A stretch of 57,445 nt of DNA from Bacteroidia bacterium (lineage in GTDB: Bacteria > Bacteroidota > Bacteroidia > AKYH767-A > 2013-40CM-41-45). Both the position numbers and the translations under genes were made by a program. Positions 34,175 through 43,932 of this stretch are shown here, piece by piece (the first letter of the stretch is position 1; each line of letters starts with the position of its first letter). The notes beneath the pieces were generated by a model. It ran no database searches. It was not told the DNA's origin and was given only the letters and a program-made list of their open reading frames with translations. The DNA is taken from NCBI GenBank assembly GCA_020852075.1, contig JADZBN010000117.1, positions 1-57,445 of the forward strand, in the 5' to 3' direction.

Positions 34175-37100
34175 TTACCGGATGACCGTTACCTTTCCAA
34201 AGTAGATGTGTTGTTGGCCAAAAAGATCGGAAATGACAAACCGGTAGTTGTACACTTCGTTTTGTACAGGATTATCATCCACCCTTCCGTTCCAGGGTTT
34301 TTTCATGGAATCAGAATGGAAAACCTGATTCCCCCAACGGTCAAAAATATACATGTCGTACCGGCCGATGTTAGTACCGTATCCGGAGAAATTATCATTT
34401 ACTCCGTCACCGTTGGGTGTAAATGCATTGGGTGCATAAAAGGTAAAACCTTCGCTCACCCGTAAAATACTTCTCACGGTGTCATGACAACCAAAGTCAT
34501 TATTCACCATCAGGGTAACTGTATAGCTGCCGGTTCTGGCAAACGTGTGACGCGGATGCACAGCAGTACTGGTGGAGCTGTCGCCAAAGTCCCACAAATA
34601 CTGGGTTCCGTTCAGGGTGGTGTTTTCAAACTGGACAAATGGTTCGAGTATATCAGGTGTGGAAGGGGTATAATAAAACGAAGCCTGGGGAACAGGATAT
34701 ACCGTAATGATATCGTTTTGTTTCAAAACATTCTGGCATCCTTCCGAAGTGGTGGTTATAAGTGTCACAGAATAAGTGCCTGCATGATGAAATGTATGCA
34801 CAGGAACCTCCTGATCAGACGTACCACCATCGCTGAAAATCCAGTGATAGGTATTTCCGTTTCCGGAACTTGAATTGCTGAAGGGTACTTCAAGCGGTTC
34901 GCAACCATCCACCACCAGGGGTTCGAATGTTGAAACCGGCATTTCAAATACATCCACATCAGCCTGGAACAGGGGACCTGCACAACCGTTGAATTCAGTG
35001 TTCAGTGTAATTGTATGAAGACCTGTGGTACTGAAGGAAACAGGGAAAGGATATTCCAGATCGCTTGTAGCAATAGTAGCATCCGAACCAAAATTCCAGT
35101 TGTAGGTGATTCCGGGGAACAGCGTTCCTGAGGGTGTAAAAGTAAATACGTTTCCGGAAAGGCATTGCGAAGCAGGAATATCAAATACGATTGCGGGGAC
35201 TGGATTGATACGGACCTCCGCGGTATCTGAATTTACACAACCGAAATTGTCGGTTGCGGTTAAAACATAAGCCGTCGTCAGCGGACTTCCTCCCGTGTTG
35301 TCAAGAATGAGTTGCGGATTGGACACTCCAGGATCCGACAATCCGGTACCCGGCGACCAGGAATAGGTAAATCCTGCCTGCGACGCAGAACCAAGGGCGA
35401 CCTGTACGCCACTACAGACTTCTGCATCCGTCCCGGCATTTACCACGGGAAGTCCGTGAACCATTATATTTTGAAGATAGGGTGCCGAGGTGCAACCGTT
35501 TTCTGTTACTGTCAGGTCAACCTGGGCCTGTCCGCCTGTACTCCATGAAACAGAATATGGGCCAGCTCCTGTTCCGGAAACAATATTTCCCGTTCCGAAA
35601 TTCCAGGAATAGACAGCGGCTCCTGTTGCGGAACCCTGGTAGGTTATCAGAGAAGCCTGGTTGATGCAGACATCAGGGGTAACCTGGAAATCGGCTGTTG
35701 GAATAGGATAAATGAGCACGGAGCTTGTAACGGAATCCACACAACCGTTTTCCGTCACGGTAAGATGCAGGACCTCGTTGCCCGCGCCGGACCAGGTTAC
35801 TGCATAAGGTCCCGGACCACTGCCACTGGCCACCGTTCCAGTTCCAAAATTCCATGTATAGGTTGCACCGGGTCCTGCAGTACCGTTGAAACTTATGGTG
35901 TTTACAGCCCCTATACACAGCGACGGTGTGGCATTTATGGAAGCAACAGGGATGGTATTGACAGTCACAGGATGGCTGACCGGAGGTGAGGTACATCCAT
36001 TCTCCGTTACGGTGAGGGAAACATTATAACTCCCTGGCTGGCTCCACTGAATACTATAGGGACCCTGTCCGTTTCCCGATAACTGGGATGCCCCGTTAAA
36101 GTCCCAGGTATAGGAAGCCCCTGCTGATGCACTTCCGGAATAACTGGCGGTCAGAGGGGTTGAAGGGCAAACCGATGCGGGAACAGTAAAGGTTGCTGTG
36201 GGTATGGGATGGATGGTAACAGGGAAATCAGCCGTGTCAGGACAACCGTTTTGCGTCACGATAACGCCTAATGTGTCCGGCCCGGCACTGGCCCACTGAA
36301 CGGTGTAGGGTCCTGCACCGCTTCCGCTGCTGACGCTTCCGCTGCCAAAATCCCAGATGAATGTAGCTCCTGCTATTGCAGTACCCGTAAAGGTTACCGT
36401 GTTATCCGCGCCCGTACACACGGAAGGTGTCGCACTGATAGCAGCAACAGGAAGATCATATACCGTAACCGGGCCGGTGAATGAAGGAGAGGTACAGCCT
36501 GCCTGGGTGACATCAAGGGTTACATTGTAAGTACCGGGAGAATTCCAGACAACATTATAGGGACCGGCTCCGGTTCCTGACACAACAGTACCTCCGCTGA
36601 AAGTCCAGTTATAGGTAGCAGAAGGGCCACCCGTACCGGTATATGTAATGGTTGAGGGTACTCCTGCACACACATTGTTGGTGGTGAAACTTGCAGTAGC
36701 ACATTGGGTAATTGTAATCTGCTGCTGGATGACGTCCGTACACCCGTTGGGGCTGGTAACGGTAAGTGTAACAGTATATGTACCGCCGGAGCCATAAATG
36801 TGAGGTGGATTCGGATTGCTGCTGGGCGGTGATCCATCGCCAAAATCCCATGAGTAGGAAAAGCCGCCCGTACTGCTGTTGGTAAAATTCACCGTAGTTC
36901 CGGCCATTACCGGAGATGGCGGATTGAAAGTAAATCCGGCCACCGGTGCGGGGATGACATGTATTACAATGGGCGAAATAGAAGTTTGAACAGGATTTCC
37001 GTTATCTGTACCTATCAGGTCAATGGTATTGTATCCAACATTGGCGCTGCTGCCGATTACCTGTACGGTCATGGAGGCGGTATTACCCGGAGTATTACTG

Positions 37101-38182
37101 AAAACCGACACACCGTTCATGCCATTTGCATTTATACTGGCCGTAGTAATTTGTCCCTGTTCAGGGGAAAGATAATCCACATTGATATAGAGCGTATCGT
37201 GAACACAGACTGTCAGAGTATCACAAACCTGAACGGAATTAATAATAGGCGGGATATTAGAAGTGCCGCTGACACATACATTAAAATAAAAAGACTGGTT
37301 GTCCAGTACATCCACGCCATCATGGGCACCAAAAGGCCCGTCGTAGAATGTTCCGGGAGCATCGAATCTCCCCATCTGGATATAATCTATTCCATTTCCC
37401 TGGTTGACACCCACGGTTGCGGGTGAACCACCGAATCCGTTTACCCCCGAGGAGGCATCACCAGTGGTCCACTGCATATCCTTGTAACAGAAAGAGACAT
37501 TATTTCCGGACGGAAGGATGGGATCTGCCCCATTGGTAAGGATTAACTGGAACGTATTCAGTTTGTCGTCATGATTTCCATAATAGCCAACGTGTTCCCA
37601 TTGAACGATAAGGTGAGTAGGAGTCAGTTGATAATACACCACATCACTTCCTGCTGCTCTTGTGTCAACATCTCCCCAGAAAGGTGCAATCATTACGAAG
37701 TTGGGACTTGGAAACGAATCCGGAGTAAAGGTGGAGTAAGGCGTACCGAAAGAAACGTTCCCGTTATTGTTGATATAAAGAGAGTCTATTGTACTACTAT
37801 AAAAACAAAAAGGGAAAGGGAACGCAATGGGAACAGTGGACCAGTCGTCATTCCGGTATAGCGGAGGGGTGCCGGGGCCACCACTGCCGCCACTGCCGTC
37901 AAACTGGGCAATCTGCCAGGTCGCATCACGCGGTACCCAGCAATCACAGGATGCACTCGCGGTTTGCGCCTGCGGATAGGGAATCCGGTATGCTGCATGT
38001 TGTGGCAGCGGATCGGGATGGTTATTTACGAATCGTTCCGTGCCGGTCAGCAGGCCCTGTGCCTTCTTCTGATTCAGAAGGTTCATATCAATGGTTTTCA
38101 CGTCGCGTTGCGCTGAAACATCAACGGACAGGAGAAAAGAAAATAGAAAAATGGAAAGGCAGCGTGGTAGGAATTTATTCAT
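34175..38182 (-). CDS. Giant NIDO-like + PKD-repeat surface protein with type-B T9SS (gliding-motility/CHU_C) C-terminal domain
   Basis: Signal peptide. NIDO-like region ('IAPFWGDVDTR...VYYQ...NTFQLILT'). Canonical PKD ('WDFGDGS...H.Y...G.Y.V.L') plus PKD-like repeats. C-terminus 'FTPNGDGVNDNF...FDRWGNQVF...WNG'. Confidence 0.9.
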   Translation of the reverse strand: MNKFLPRCLSIFLFSFLLSVDVSAQRDVKTIDMNLLNQKKAQGLLTGTERFVNNHPDPLPQHAAYRIPYPQAQTASASCDCWVPRDATWQIAQFDGSGGSGGPGTPPLYRNDDWSTVPIAFPFPFCFYSSTIDSLYINNNGNVSFGTPYSTFTPDSFPSPNFVMIAPFWGDVDTRAAGSDVVYYQLTPTHLIVQWEHVGYYGNHDDKLNTFQLILTNGADPILPSGNNVSFCYKDMQWTTGDASSGVNGFGGSPATVGVNQGNGIDYIQMGRFDAPGTFYDGPFGAHDGVDVLDNQSFYFNVCVSGTSNIPPIINSVQVCDTLTVCVHDTLYINVDYLSPEQGQITTASINANGMNGVSVFSNTPGNTASMTVQVIGSSANVGYNTIDLIGTDNGNPVQTSISPIVIHVIPAPVAGFTFNPPSPVMAGTTVNFTNSSTGGFSYSWDFGDGSPPSSNPNPPHIYGSGGTYTVTLTVTSPNGCTDVIQQQITITQCATASFTTNNVCAGVPSTITYTGTGGPSATYNWTFSGGTVVSGTGAGPYNVVWNSPGTYNVTLDVTQAGCTSPSFTGPVTVYDLPVAAISATPSVCTGADNTVTFTGTAIAGATFIWDFGSGSVSSGSGAGPYTVQWASAGPDTLGVIVTQNGCPDTADFPVTIHPIPTATFTVPASVCPSTPLTASYSGSASAGASYTWDFNGASQLSGNGQGPYSIQWSQPGSYNVSLTVTENGCTSPPVSHPVTVNTIPVASINATPSLCIGAVNTISFNGTAGPGATYTWNFGTGTVASGSGPGPYAVTWSGAGNEVLHLTVTENGCVDSVTSSVLIYPIPTADFQVTPDVCINQASLITYQGSATGAAVYSWNFGTGNIVSGTGAGPYSVSWSTGGQAQVDLTVTENGCTSAPYLQNIMVHGLPVVNAGTDAEVCSGVQVALGSASQAGFTYSWSPGTGLSDPGVSNPQLILDNTGGSPLTTAYVLTATDNFGCVNSDTAEVRINPVPAIVFDIPASQCLSGNVFTFTPSGTLFPGITYNWNFGSDATIATSDLEYPFPVSFSTTGLHTITLNTEFNGCAGPLFQADVDVFEMPVSTFEPLVVDGCEPLEVPFSNSSSGNGNTYHWIFSDGGTSDQEVPVHTFHHAGTYSVTLITTTSEGCQNVLKQNDIITVYPVPQASFYYTPSTPDILEPFVQFENTTLNGTQYLWDFGDSSTSTAVHPRHTFARTGSYTVTLMVNNDFGCHDTVRSILRVSEGFTFYAPNAFTPNGDGVNDNFSGYGTNIGRYDMYIFDRWGNQVFHSDSMKKPWNGRVDDNPVQNEVYNYRFVISDLFGQQHIYFGKVTVIR
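35444..36700 (-). repeat. Five tandem ~83-aa PKD-like repeats with alternating A/B subtypes
   Basis: Repeats are defined by '...C......(T/S)(Y/F).G.......Y.W.F..G...SG.G.GPY.V.W...G.....L.VT(E/Q)(N/A)GC'. A-type units end in (L/I)PV and B-type units end in IPT, giving the order A-B-A-B-A. Confidence 0.8.
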
Positions 38183-38365
38183 GAGCAGCGTGCGAAATGA
38201 TTGCTTAATGGATCGTGAAGCATTGAATGCCCCGTATCACATCCAACCAATTCGTAACAGAACATCCAAATTTAGTTAAAAACATGGTTTTTTCAAATAT
38301 TTTAACACACATTTTTGTGGTATTCTACAGGAGAGGGGTCCAATTTCCCGCGGTGATTAATTCAT

Positions 38366-39367
38366 TTAGCAGGAATTTCTCATTTTTTTTGCTGAAATCA
38401 GGTATTCGGCGATCTGAACAGCATTGGTGGCAGCTCCTTTTCTCAGGTTATCAGACACGATCCAAAGGTTCAGTGAACGGGGCTGGCTTTCATCCCTTCG
38501 GATGCGACCCACAAAAACCTCATCCCTGCCCTCGGCATCAATGGGCATCGGGTACCTGAAGGTATCCACTTCATCCACAACCACCACTCCGGGCATATTT
38601 TCAAGAAGAGTCCGGATTTCTTTCAGGTCAAAATCATTTTTCAATTCCACATTTACGCTCTCACTGTGTCCGCCTTTTACCGGAACCCTGACAGTGGTTG
38701 AGGTAATCCGGATGGAATTATCACGCAGGATCTTCCGGGTTTCATTTACCATTTTCATTTCCTCCTTTGTGTACCCGTTTTCAAGAAATGCGTCAATGTG
38801 GGGAAGAATATTCAGGTCAATGGGATGTTTGTATGCCATTTCCCCCGATATGCCCTTGCGTTCATTCATCAGTTGATCTACTGCTTTCTTTCCTGTTCCT
38901 GATACAGATTGATAGGTTGAGACAACGATCCGGTGAATACCATACATTTTATGAAGGGGATGCAGCGCCATCACCATCTGGATGGTGGAACAATTCGGGT
39001 TTGCAATGATTGTATCCTCAGGGGTCAGCACATCAGCATTGATTTCGGGTACCACCAGTTTTTTCTCCGGATCCATTCGCCAAGCTGAGGAGTTATCAAT
39101 TACAACCGTCCCGGCCTTTGCGAAAACCGGAGCCCATTCCAGGGATGTACTGCCACCAGCAGAAAACAAGGCAATGGCAGGTTTCAGAGCAACGGCATCT
39201 GCCATACCGGTTACCTTCCAGGGTTTTCCTCTGAAAAGAACGTCTTTTCCAACAGACCTCTCCGAAGCAACAGGAATTAATTCCGTCACCGGGAAGTTCC
39301 TTTCTTCCAGGACTTTTATCATTACCTGTCCCACAAGGCCTGTCGCACCAACAACGGCAACTTTCAT
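38366..39367 (-). CDS. asd: Aspartate-semialdehyde dehydrogenase
   Basis: Motifs 'MKVAVVGATGLVGQ', active-site 'NPNCSTIQMV' and 'VSTYQSVSGTG'. 333 aa. Confidence 0.95.
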   Translation of the reverse strand: MKVAVVGATGLVGQVMIKVLEERNFPVTELIPVASERSVGKDVLFRGKPWKVTGMADAVALKPAIALFSAGGSTSLEWAPVFAKAGTVVIDNSSAWRMDPEKKLVVPEINADVLTPEDTIIANPNCSTIQMVMALHPLHKMYGIHRIVVSTYQSVSGTGKKAVDQLMNERKGISGEMAYKHPIDLNILPHIDAFLENGYTKEEMKMVNETRKILRDNSIRITSTTVRVPVKGGHSESVNVELKNDFDLKEIRTLLENMPGVVVVDEVDTFRYPMPIDAEGRDEVFVGRIRRDESQPRSLNLWIVSDNLRKGAATNAVQIAEYLISAKKMRNSC

Positions 39368-39457
39368 TTCGGGTATATTTTAAAATCCACCATTTACCGG
39401 GTGGCGCGGACAAATGTCAGAGGATACATTTGACATGCAAAGTAACGAGAAAGCCCC

Positions 39458-42079
39458 TTGAAGAGATTCACGCTGACCATAATTTTTTTCTGGTTTATAG
39501 GGACTATGTATGCCCAGGTTGATGAGCATTTTGATGACGGGGACTTCAGTAGTGCACCGGTTTGGGAGGGAGATACAGGGGATTTTATTGTCAAGTCCTC
39601 CCTGAGCCTTCAACTCCATGCAGATGCAGCGGGCAGTTCCATCCTTCAGACGGGTTTTATTCAGGCAGATTTGTCCGATATGGAATGGAGGTTCCATATT
39701 ACATTGAATTTTTCCCCCTCTTCTTCCAACTATGCCAGGGTTTATCTGGTAAGTGACCAGCCGGGCATAGGAGGTCCGGTGAACGGATACTTTTTGCAAT
39801 TTGGAGAATCCCTTTCCAATGATGCCATTGAATTGTTCAGACAGGACGGAAACAATACGGTTTCTGTCTGCCGTGGACCGGACGGGATGATTGCCTCTTC
39901 CTTTGAAATGAATATAAAGGTAACCCGTGATAACATCGGACTATGGAACGTGTATGCGGATACAGGTAACGTGCAGCAATTTACCCTTCTTGCCAGCGGG
40001 GCAGAAGGCATGTACAACGTCAGTAATTTTTTCGGGATCCGGTGCAATTATACATCGGGAAATATTCAGGGTTTTTTCTTTGATGATATTTACGCCGGTC
40101 CGCAGACAGCTGATACCATAGCTCCCACTCTGATATCCATCGTTCCATTGAATGATTCTGTATTAGAACTGACGTTTTCAGAGAACATTGATCCGGTTTC
40201 CGGGCTGTATCCTCTTCACTACCGGATAGATTCAACGTCACAGCACCCTGCATCCGTATGGCAGAGCGGGCCGGATCTTTCAAAAGTCCTTTTGTGGATT
40301 CAGCCCCATCTCCCTTATGGGGATACGTCCAGGGTTTTCGTTTCGGATGTATCAGACCTGTCGGGCAACATCATTCTTCCTGACTCCTATCTATCCTTCA
40401 TGTATTTTCCATACCTCATTCCGGCCGTTTACGATGTTGTTTTCAATGAAATAATGTTTGAACCTTCGTCCAATTCCGGACTACCCAATGCCGAATATGT
40501 GGAACTGGCAAACCGGTCGGATAAAGCCCTGTCTCTGGAAGGCTGGACACTTTCCGATGGAACCTCAACAGCAGTATTTCCCCGGTATTATGTAAGGAGC
40601 GGCAGCCTGTTACTCCTGTACAGCACCGGCAATTCAAACCTCTTTACCGGATATGGCGAAGGCACCGGCCTGAATTCATTTCCCACACTGAACAATGACA
40701 TCGGAGACCGCCTGGAATTAAGAGACCGAGACGGAAACCTGATAGATCGGATCGCATTCAGCGATGAGACCTATCATGATGAAAACAAGAATGATGGTGG
40801 CTGGAGTGTGGAAAGAACGGATACTTCCTTTGTTTGTCCCGATCCGTTAAACTGGAAAGCCTCCATTCATCCCAATGGCGGCACTCCGGGAATTCCCAAC
40901 AGTGTGGAAGGTCATTTCAATGATGAGGCCCCACCCTACATGGTACGTGCGGCAATCACCGGTACGCAACAGGTAACCGTTACCTGGAGTGAGGATATGT
41001 CGCTGGTATCAATCCCCGGCCCAACTTCTTATTATATCACCGATTCTTCAGGAAATGTATTTTACCCGGATTCGGTATTGCCAGGGGCATCATCAGACGA
41101 GATGATACTCTGCGTTCCTTTTGTTCCCGGCAACGGGGTGTATGAACTGGATGCGGAAAGCATCACGGATTGTCCGGGAAATCCTCTTTCCCGGCCCATT
41201 GTAATAAAATTTGCCATTCCGCAGGAAGCGGTGCCGGGAGACATTCAGATTAATGAGATTCTGAGCAATCCCTACAGTGGTGAGTCAGATTTTATTGAAA
41301 TTAAAAATGCATCAGGAAAAATAATTGATCTGAAAAACTGGAGAATTGCCGAAAGCCCCTATTTAGCGCCGGAACAAATTTCGTCAACCGATGAGATTAC
41401 GACGAAATCATTACTGCTTTTTCCGGGAGGAATTATCGCACTTTCTGAAAACCCCGATGAGTTACCACCTGTTTATCCGGAATCGAATATCTATGGTTTG
41501 TTTAAAGTTGATGAAATGCCGGATTTTAATGCTGACGATGGAACGGTTTCGATTTTTGACAGTACCGGAACTTTGTCCGACCGGCTTCAATACACCGCCT
41601 CGATGCATCTTGCCTGGCTAAACGAAACAGCCGGGGTTTCACTGGAGAGGCTGAGCAGCCGTCTGGCCACCAATGTCGCTGAGAACTGGCACAGTGCTGC
41701 ATCAACATCCGGCTGGGCCACCCCCGGATCTGAAAATTCAAAACAAATGGATTCCATTCAGGAAACAACCTTCATGTCCCTTGAGCCGGATGTTTTCTCT
41801 CCGGATAATGACGGAATGAATGATATATTGCTGCTAACATTTCATGGCATTGATCCCGGAAATGTGGGAAGGGTGCAGGTGTATGACCTTAATGGAATGC
41901 TGGTCAGAAACCTTCTGGAAAGCGCTGCATTTGGTACAGATGCTGTTGTAATCTGGGATGGGATGGATGAAAAACGGTTATTGGTCAGGCCGGGAATTTA
42001 TATAGTGTATGCAATCGTTGTATCTGCCGATGGTATAACCCGGTCAGAAAAACAGGCATGTGCGGTGTATTATAAGTAG
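39458..42079 (+). CDS. Lamin-tail-domain (LTD) surface protein with type-B-like T9SS C-terminal domain
   Basis: TTG-initiated signal peptide (KRFTLTIIFFWFIGTMYAQ). Two LTDs ('FNEIMFEP...YVELANRSD...LEGWTLSDG', 'INEILSNP...FIEIKNASG...NWRIAES'). C-terminus 'VFSPDNDGMNDILLL...WDGMDE...PGIYIVY'. Confidence 0.85.
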   Translation: MKRFTLTIIFFWFIGTMYAQVDEHFDDGDFSSAPVWEGDTGDFIVKSSLSLQLHADAAGSSILQTGFIQADLSDMEWRFHITLNFSPSSSNYARVYLVSDQPGIGGPVNGYFLQFGESLSNDAIELFRQDGNNTVSVCRGPDGMIASSFEMNIKVTRDNIGLWNVYADTGNVQQFTLLASGAEGMYNVSNFFGIRCNYTSGNIQGFFFDDIYAGPQTADTIAPTLISIVPLNDSVLELTFSENIDPVSGLYPLHYRIDSTSQHPASVWQSGPDLSKVLLWIQPHLPYGDTSRVFVSDVSDLSGNIILPDSYLSFMYFPYLIPAVYDVVFNEIMFEPSSNSGLPNAEYVELANRSDKALSLEGWTLSDGTSTAVFPRYYVRSGSLLLLYSTGNSNLFTGYGEGTGLNSFPTLNNDIGDRLELRDRDGNLIDRIAFSDETYHDENKNDGGWSVERTDTSFVCPDPLNWKASIHPNGGTPGIPNSVEGHFNDEAPPYMVRAAITGTQQVTVTWSEDMSLVSIPGPTSYYITDSSGNVFYPDSVLPGASSDEMILCVPFVPGNGVYELDAESITDCPGNPLSRPIVIKFAIPQEAVPGDIQINEILSNPYSGESDFIEIKNASGKIIDLKNWRIAESPYLAPEQISSTDEITTKSLLLFPGGIIALSENPDELPPVYPESNIYGLFKVDEMPDFNADDGTVSIFDSTGTLSDRLQYTASMHLAWLNETAGVSLERLSSRLATNVAENWHSAASTSGWATPGSENSKQMDSIQETTFMSLEPDVFSPDNDGMNDILLLTFHGIDPGNVGRVQVYDLNGMLVRNLLESAAFGTDAVVIWDGMDEKRLLVRPGIYIVYAIVVSADGITRSEKQACAVYYK

Positions 42080-42089
42080 TGAAAACATA

Positions 42090-42854
42090 TCAGTGAAAAA
42101 GGGTACCCTGAACAGGCCCTCCGGAGTGTTTTCGTTCATGATTCAGGAGCCATTGCTTTCTGTACAGGCCTCCGCCATATCCGGTGAGGCTACCGTTTTC
42201 TCCAATTACCCTGTGGCAGGGAATCAGGATGGCAATGCGGTTCATACCATTGGCGTGTGCAACTGCACGGACAGCACCTTCCAGGTTCATTTTTTTTGCC
42301 TGACGGCTATATGAAATGGTTTGTCCATATGGAATTTCCAGCAATGACTGCCATACTTTTCTTCTGAATAAGGATCCGGGGAAATGCAAAGAAACATCAA
42401 AGGATTTTCTTATTCCGGTGAAATATTCGCCGAGTTCTTTTTCCGTTTGTTCCAGGATACTGTTGGTGCCATAAACCACCGTTGCAGAACATTGTTTTCT
42501 CAGATCATTAAGTTCCGCTTCCACCCCGTTCTTCTCCGGAAACTCAAGCAGACAGAGGCCGCAATTTGATGCACCGGCCCAAAGAGATCCGAGTGGAGAG
42601 GCGATTCTTTTTATAACAATCCGGTTTTCAGATCCCCCCGAACCTTCCGGCTTCTGAAATGCAGGGTGGTTTGTCGGGGAGGATGAACAGGGATTCTTTG
42701 CTTTTGTGATGGGTTTGGAATTCATGCAAGCAGGTTGGCCAATAAACTCCTGCCTTTGTTTTAGCCCAAACAATGTATCCGGGAAGGCAGGTTCCTGTTC
42801 CCGCAGCTTCCTGTATATGCCATAATTGTCAGGAAGAATGATCATGGAGTGCAA
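42090..42854 (-). CDS. ogt: Methylated-DNA--protein-cysteine methyltransferase
   Basis: Active site 'IPCHRVIG' and 'GYGGGLYRKQWLLNHE'. An N-terminal ~77-aa extension is not typical; internal ATG 42725 is an alternative start. Confidence 0.85.
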   Translation of the reverse strand: MHSMIILPDNYGIYRKLREQEPAFPDTLFGLKQRQEFIGQPACMNSKPITKAKNPCSSSPTNHPAFQKPEGSGGSENRIVIKRIASPLGSLWAGASNCGLCLLEFPEKNGVEAELNDLRKQCSATVVYGTNSILEQTEKELGEYFTGIRKSFDVSLHFPGSLFRRKVWQSLLEIPYGQTISYSRQAKKMNLEGAVRAVAHANGMNRIAILIPCHRVIGENGSLTGYGGGLYRKQWLLNHERKHSGGPVQGTLFH

Positions 42855-42963
42855 AATTCCGAAAGAAGATTTACTTCATCAAACAATATTCAGTCGGACA
42901 GACATGTTCTGTTGCTCAAAAACCTGATTGCATATTTGGCTTTTTTTTATTGATTTGCATACG

Positions 42964-43932
42964 ATGAAAACCCATATTTTTTCCGGCCGTCAGGATTCAG
43001 TAAATTTTTATGAAAACAGGTATTCGCACGGGTACATGGGTTACTGGTCGGAATTTGAAAAAAACAGGCTGAAAGAACTGATTCATGGATTGAATCTTCC
43101 CAAGGAAGGCCGGTTCCTCGATTTTGGGTGCGGACGCGGGATTTTCACTCACGTAATTCAGGAGGTATTGCCGGGATGGAAAGGTTATGGTTGTGACATC
43201 AGCAGCCATGCGATCCAGGATGCAAAAACATCTCCCGGGCAGATTCGTTTTTTTGTTCTCGGTGACGAAAAGTATTCCGGAGAAAAATTTGATTTCATTC
43301 ATTCTCATCATGTTCTCGAACATACCTACAACGCTGAAGCCACGGCTAATGAGCAGTGCCGGTTTGCAGCACCCGCCTGCACCATGCTTCACAGTTTTCC
43401 CTGCCTTGCTCCGGGAAGCCTCGAATACAGGGTGTCCGCTATGATGCAGGATGGTATAGATCCTGAAAACGGAAAGTTTTTTTTTGAAGACCCCGCACAT
43501 CTCAGGAGGCCGTCTTTCGATCAGGCAATCGGGTGGTTTTCGACCGAAGGATTTTCCCTGTTGACCGCCTCTTATGCAAATCAGTATTACGGCGCAATAA
43601 AATGGATATCCGAAAGCCCGTTGAAACTGATCCTGCATTTTACAAATACATCCGGCCTGAAATCGTCTGCCAATATTCCTTTTCTGATTTTTTTACGAAT
43701 CCGGCTGTTATTTTTCCGGGTCTGCCACTTCGCATCCACTGCATTTCTAACGACAGATAAGGGTAGATATTATTTCGTGAAGAAAGTCTTACAGGTGATT
43801 TTGTTTGTTTTGTTTTTCTGGATTGCCTTGCCGGCATCATGGTGGCTGCGTACCAGGGCAATTAAAGAGTGGAGGGAGCAACATCAGATGCCAAACGGTA
43901 CAGAATTGTTTCTTGCCCTGTACCGGAAATAG
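42964..43932 (+). CDS. Class I SAM-dependent methyltransferase with C-terminal membrane segments
   Basis: Motif I 'FLDFGCGRGIFT' and 'FDFIHSHHVLEH'. Hydrophobic C-terminal helices (IPFLIFLRIRLLFF, VILFVLFFWIALPASWW). ATG 42964 chosen over TTG 42928. Confidence 0.72.
   Translation: MKTHIFSGRQDSVNFYENRYSHGYMGYWSEFEKNRLKELIHGLNLPKEGRFLDFGCGRGIFTHVIQEVLPGWKGYGCDISSHAIQDAKTSPGQIRFFVLGDEKYSGEKFDFIHSHHVLEHTYNAEATANEQCRFAAPACTMLHSFPCLAPGSLEYRVSAMMQDGIDPENGKFFFEDPAHLRRPSFDQAIGWFSTEGFSLLTASYANQYYGAIKWISESPLKLILHFTNTSGLKSSANIPFLIFLRIRLLFFRVCHFASTAFLTTDKGRYYFVKKVLQVILFVLFFWIALPASWWLRTRAIKEWREQHQMPNGTELFLALYRK

Noticed and set aside
33694-34205. Two short ORFs (94 aa minus, 84 aa plus) in the convergent spacer after the azurin and PKD genes
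   Set aside because: They overlap each other and the azurin 3' end, and have no motifs. I treat this as non-coding, possibly decayed, sequence and note it under the PorP finding.
42997-43638. 213-aa antisense ORF opposite the SAM methyltransferase
   Set aside because: The sense frame has SAM-binding motif I (LDFGCGRG). The antisense product has no recognisable features.
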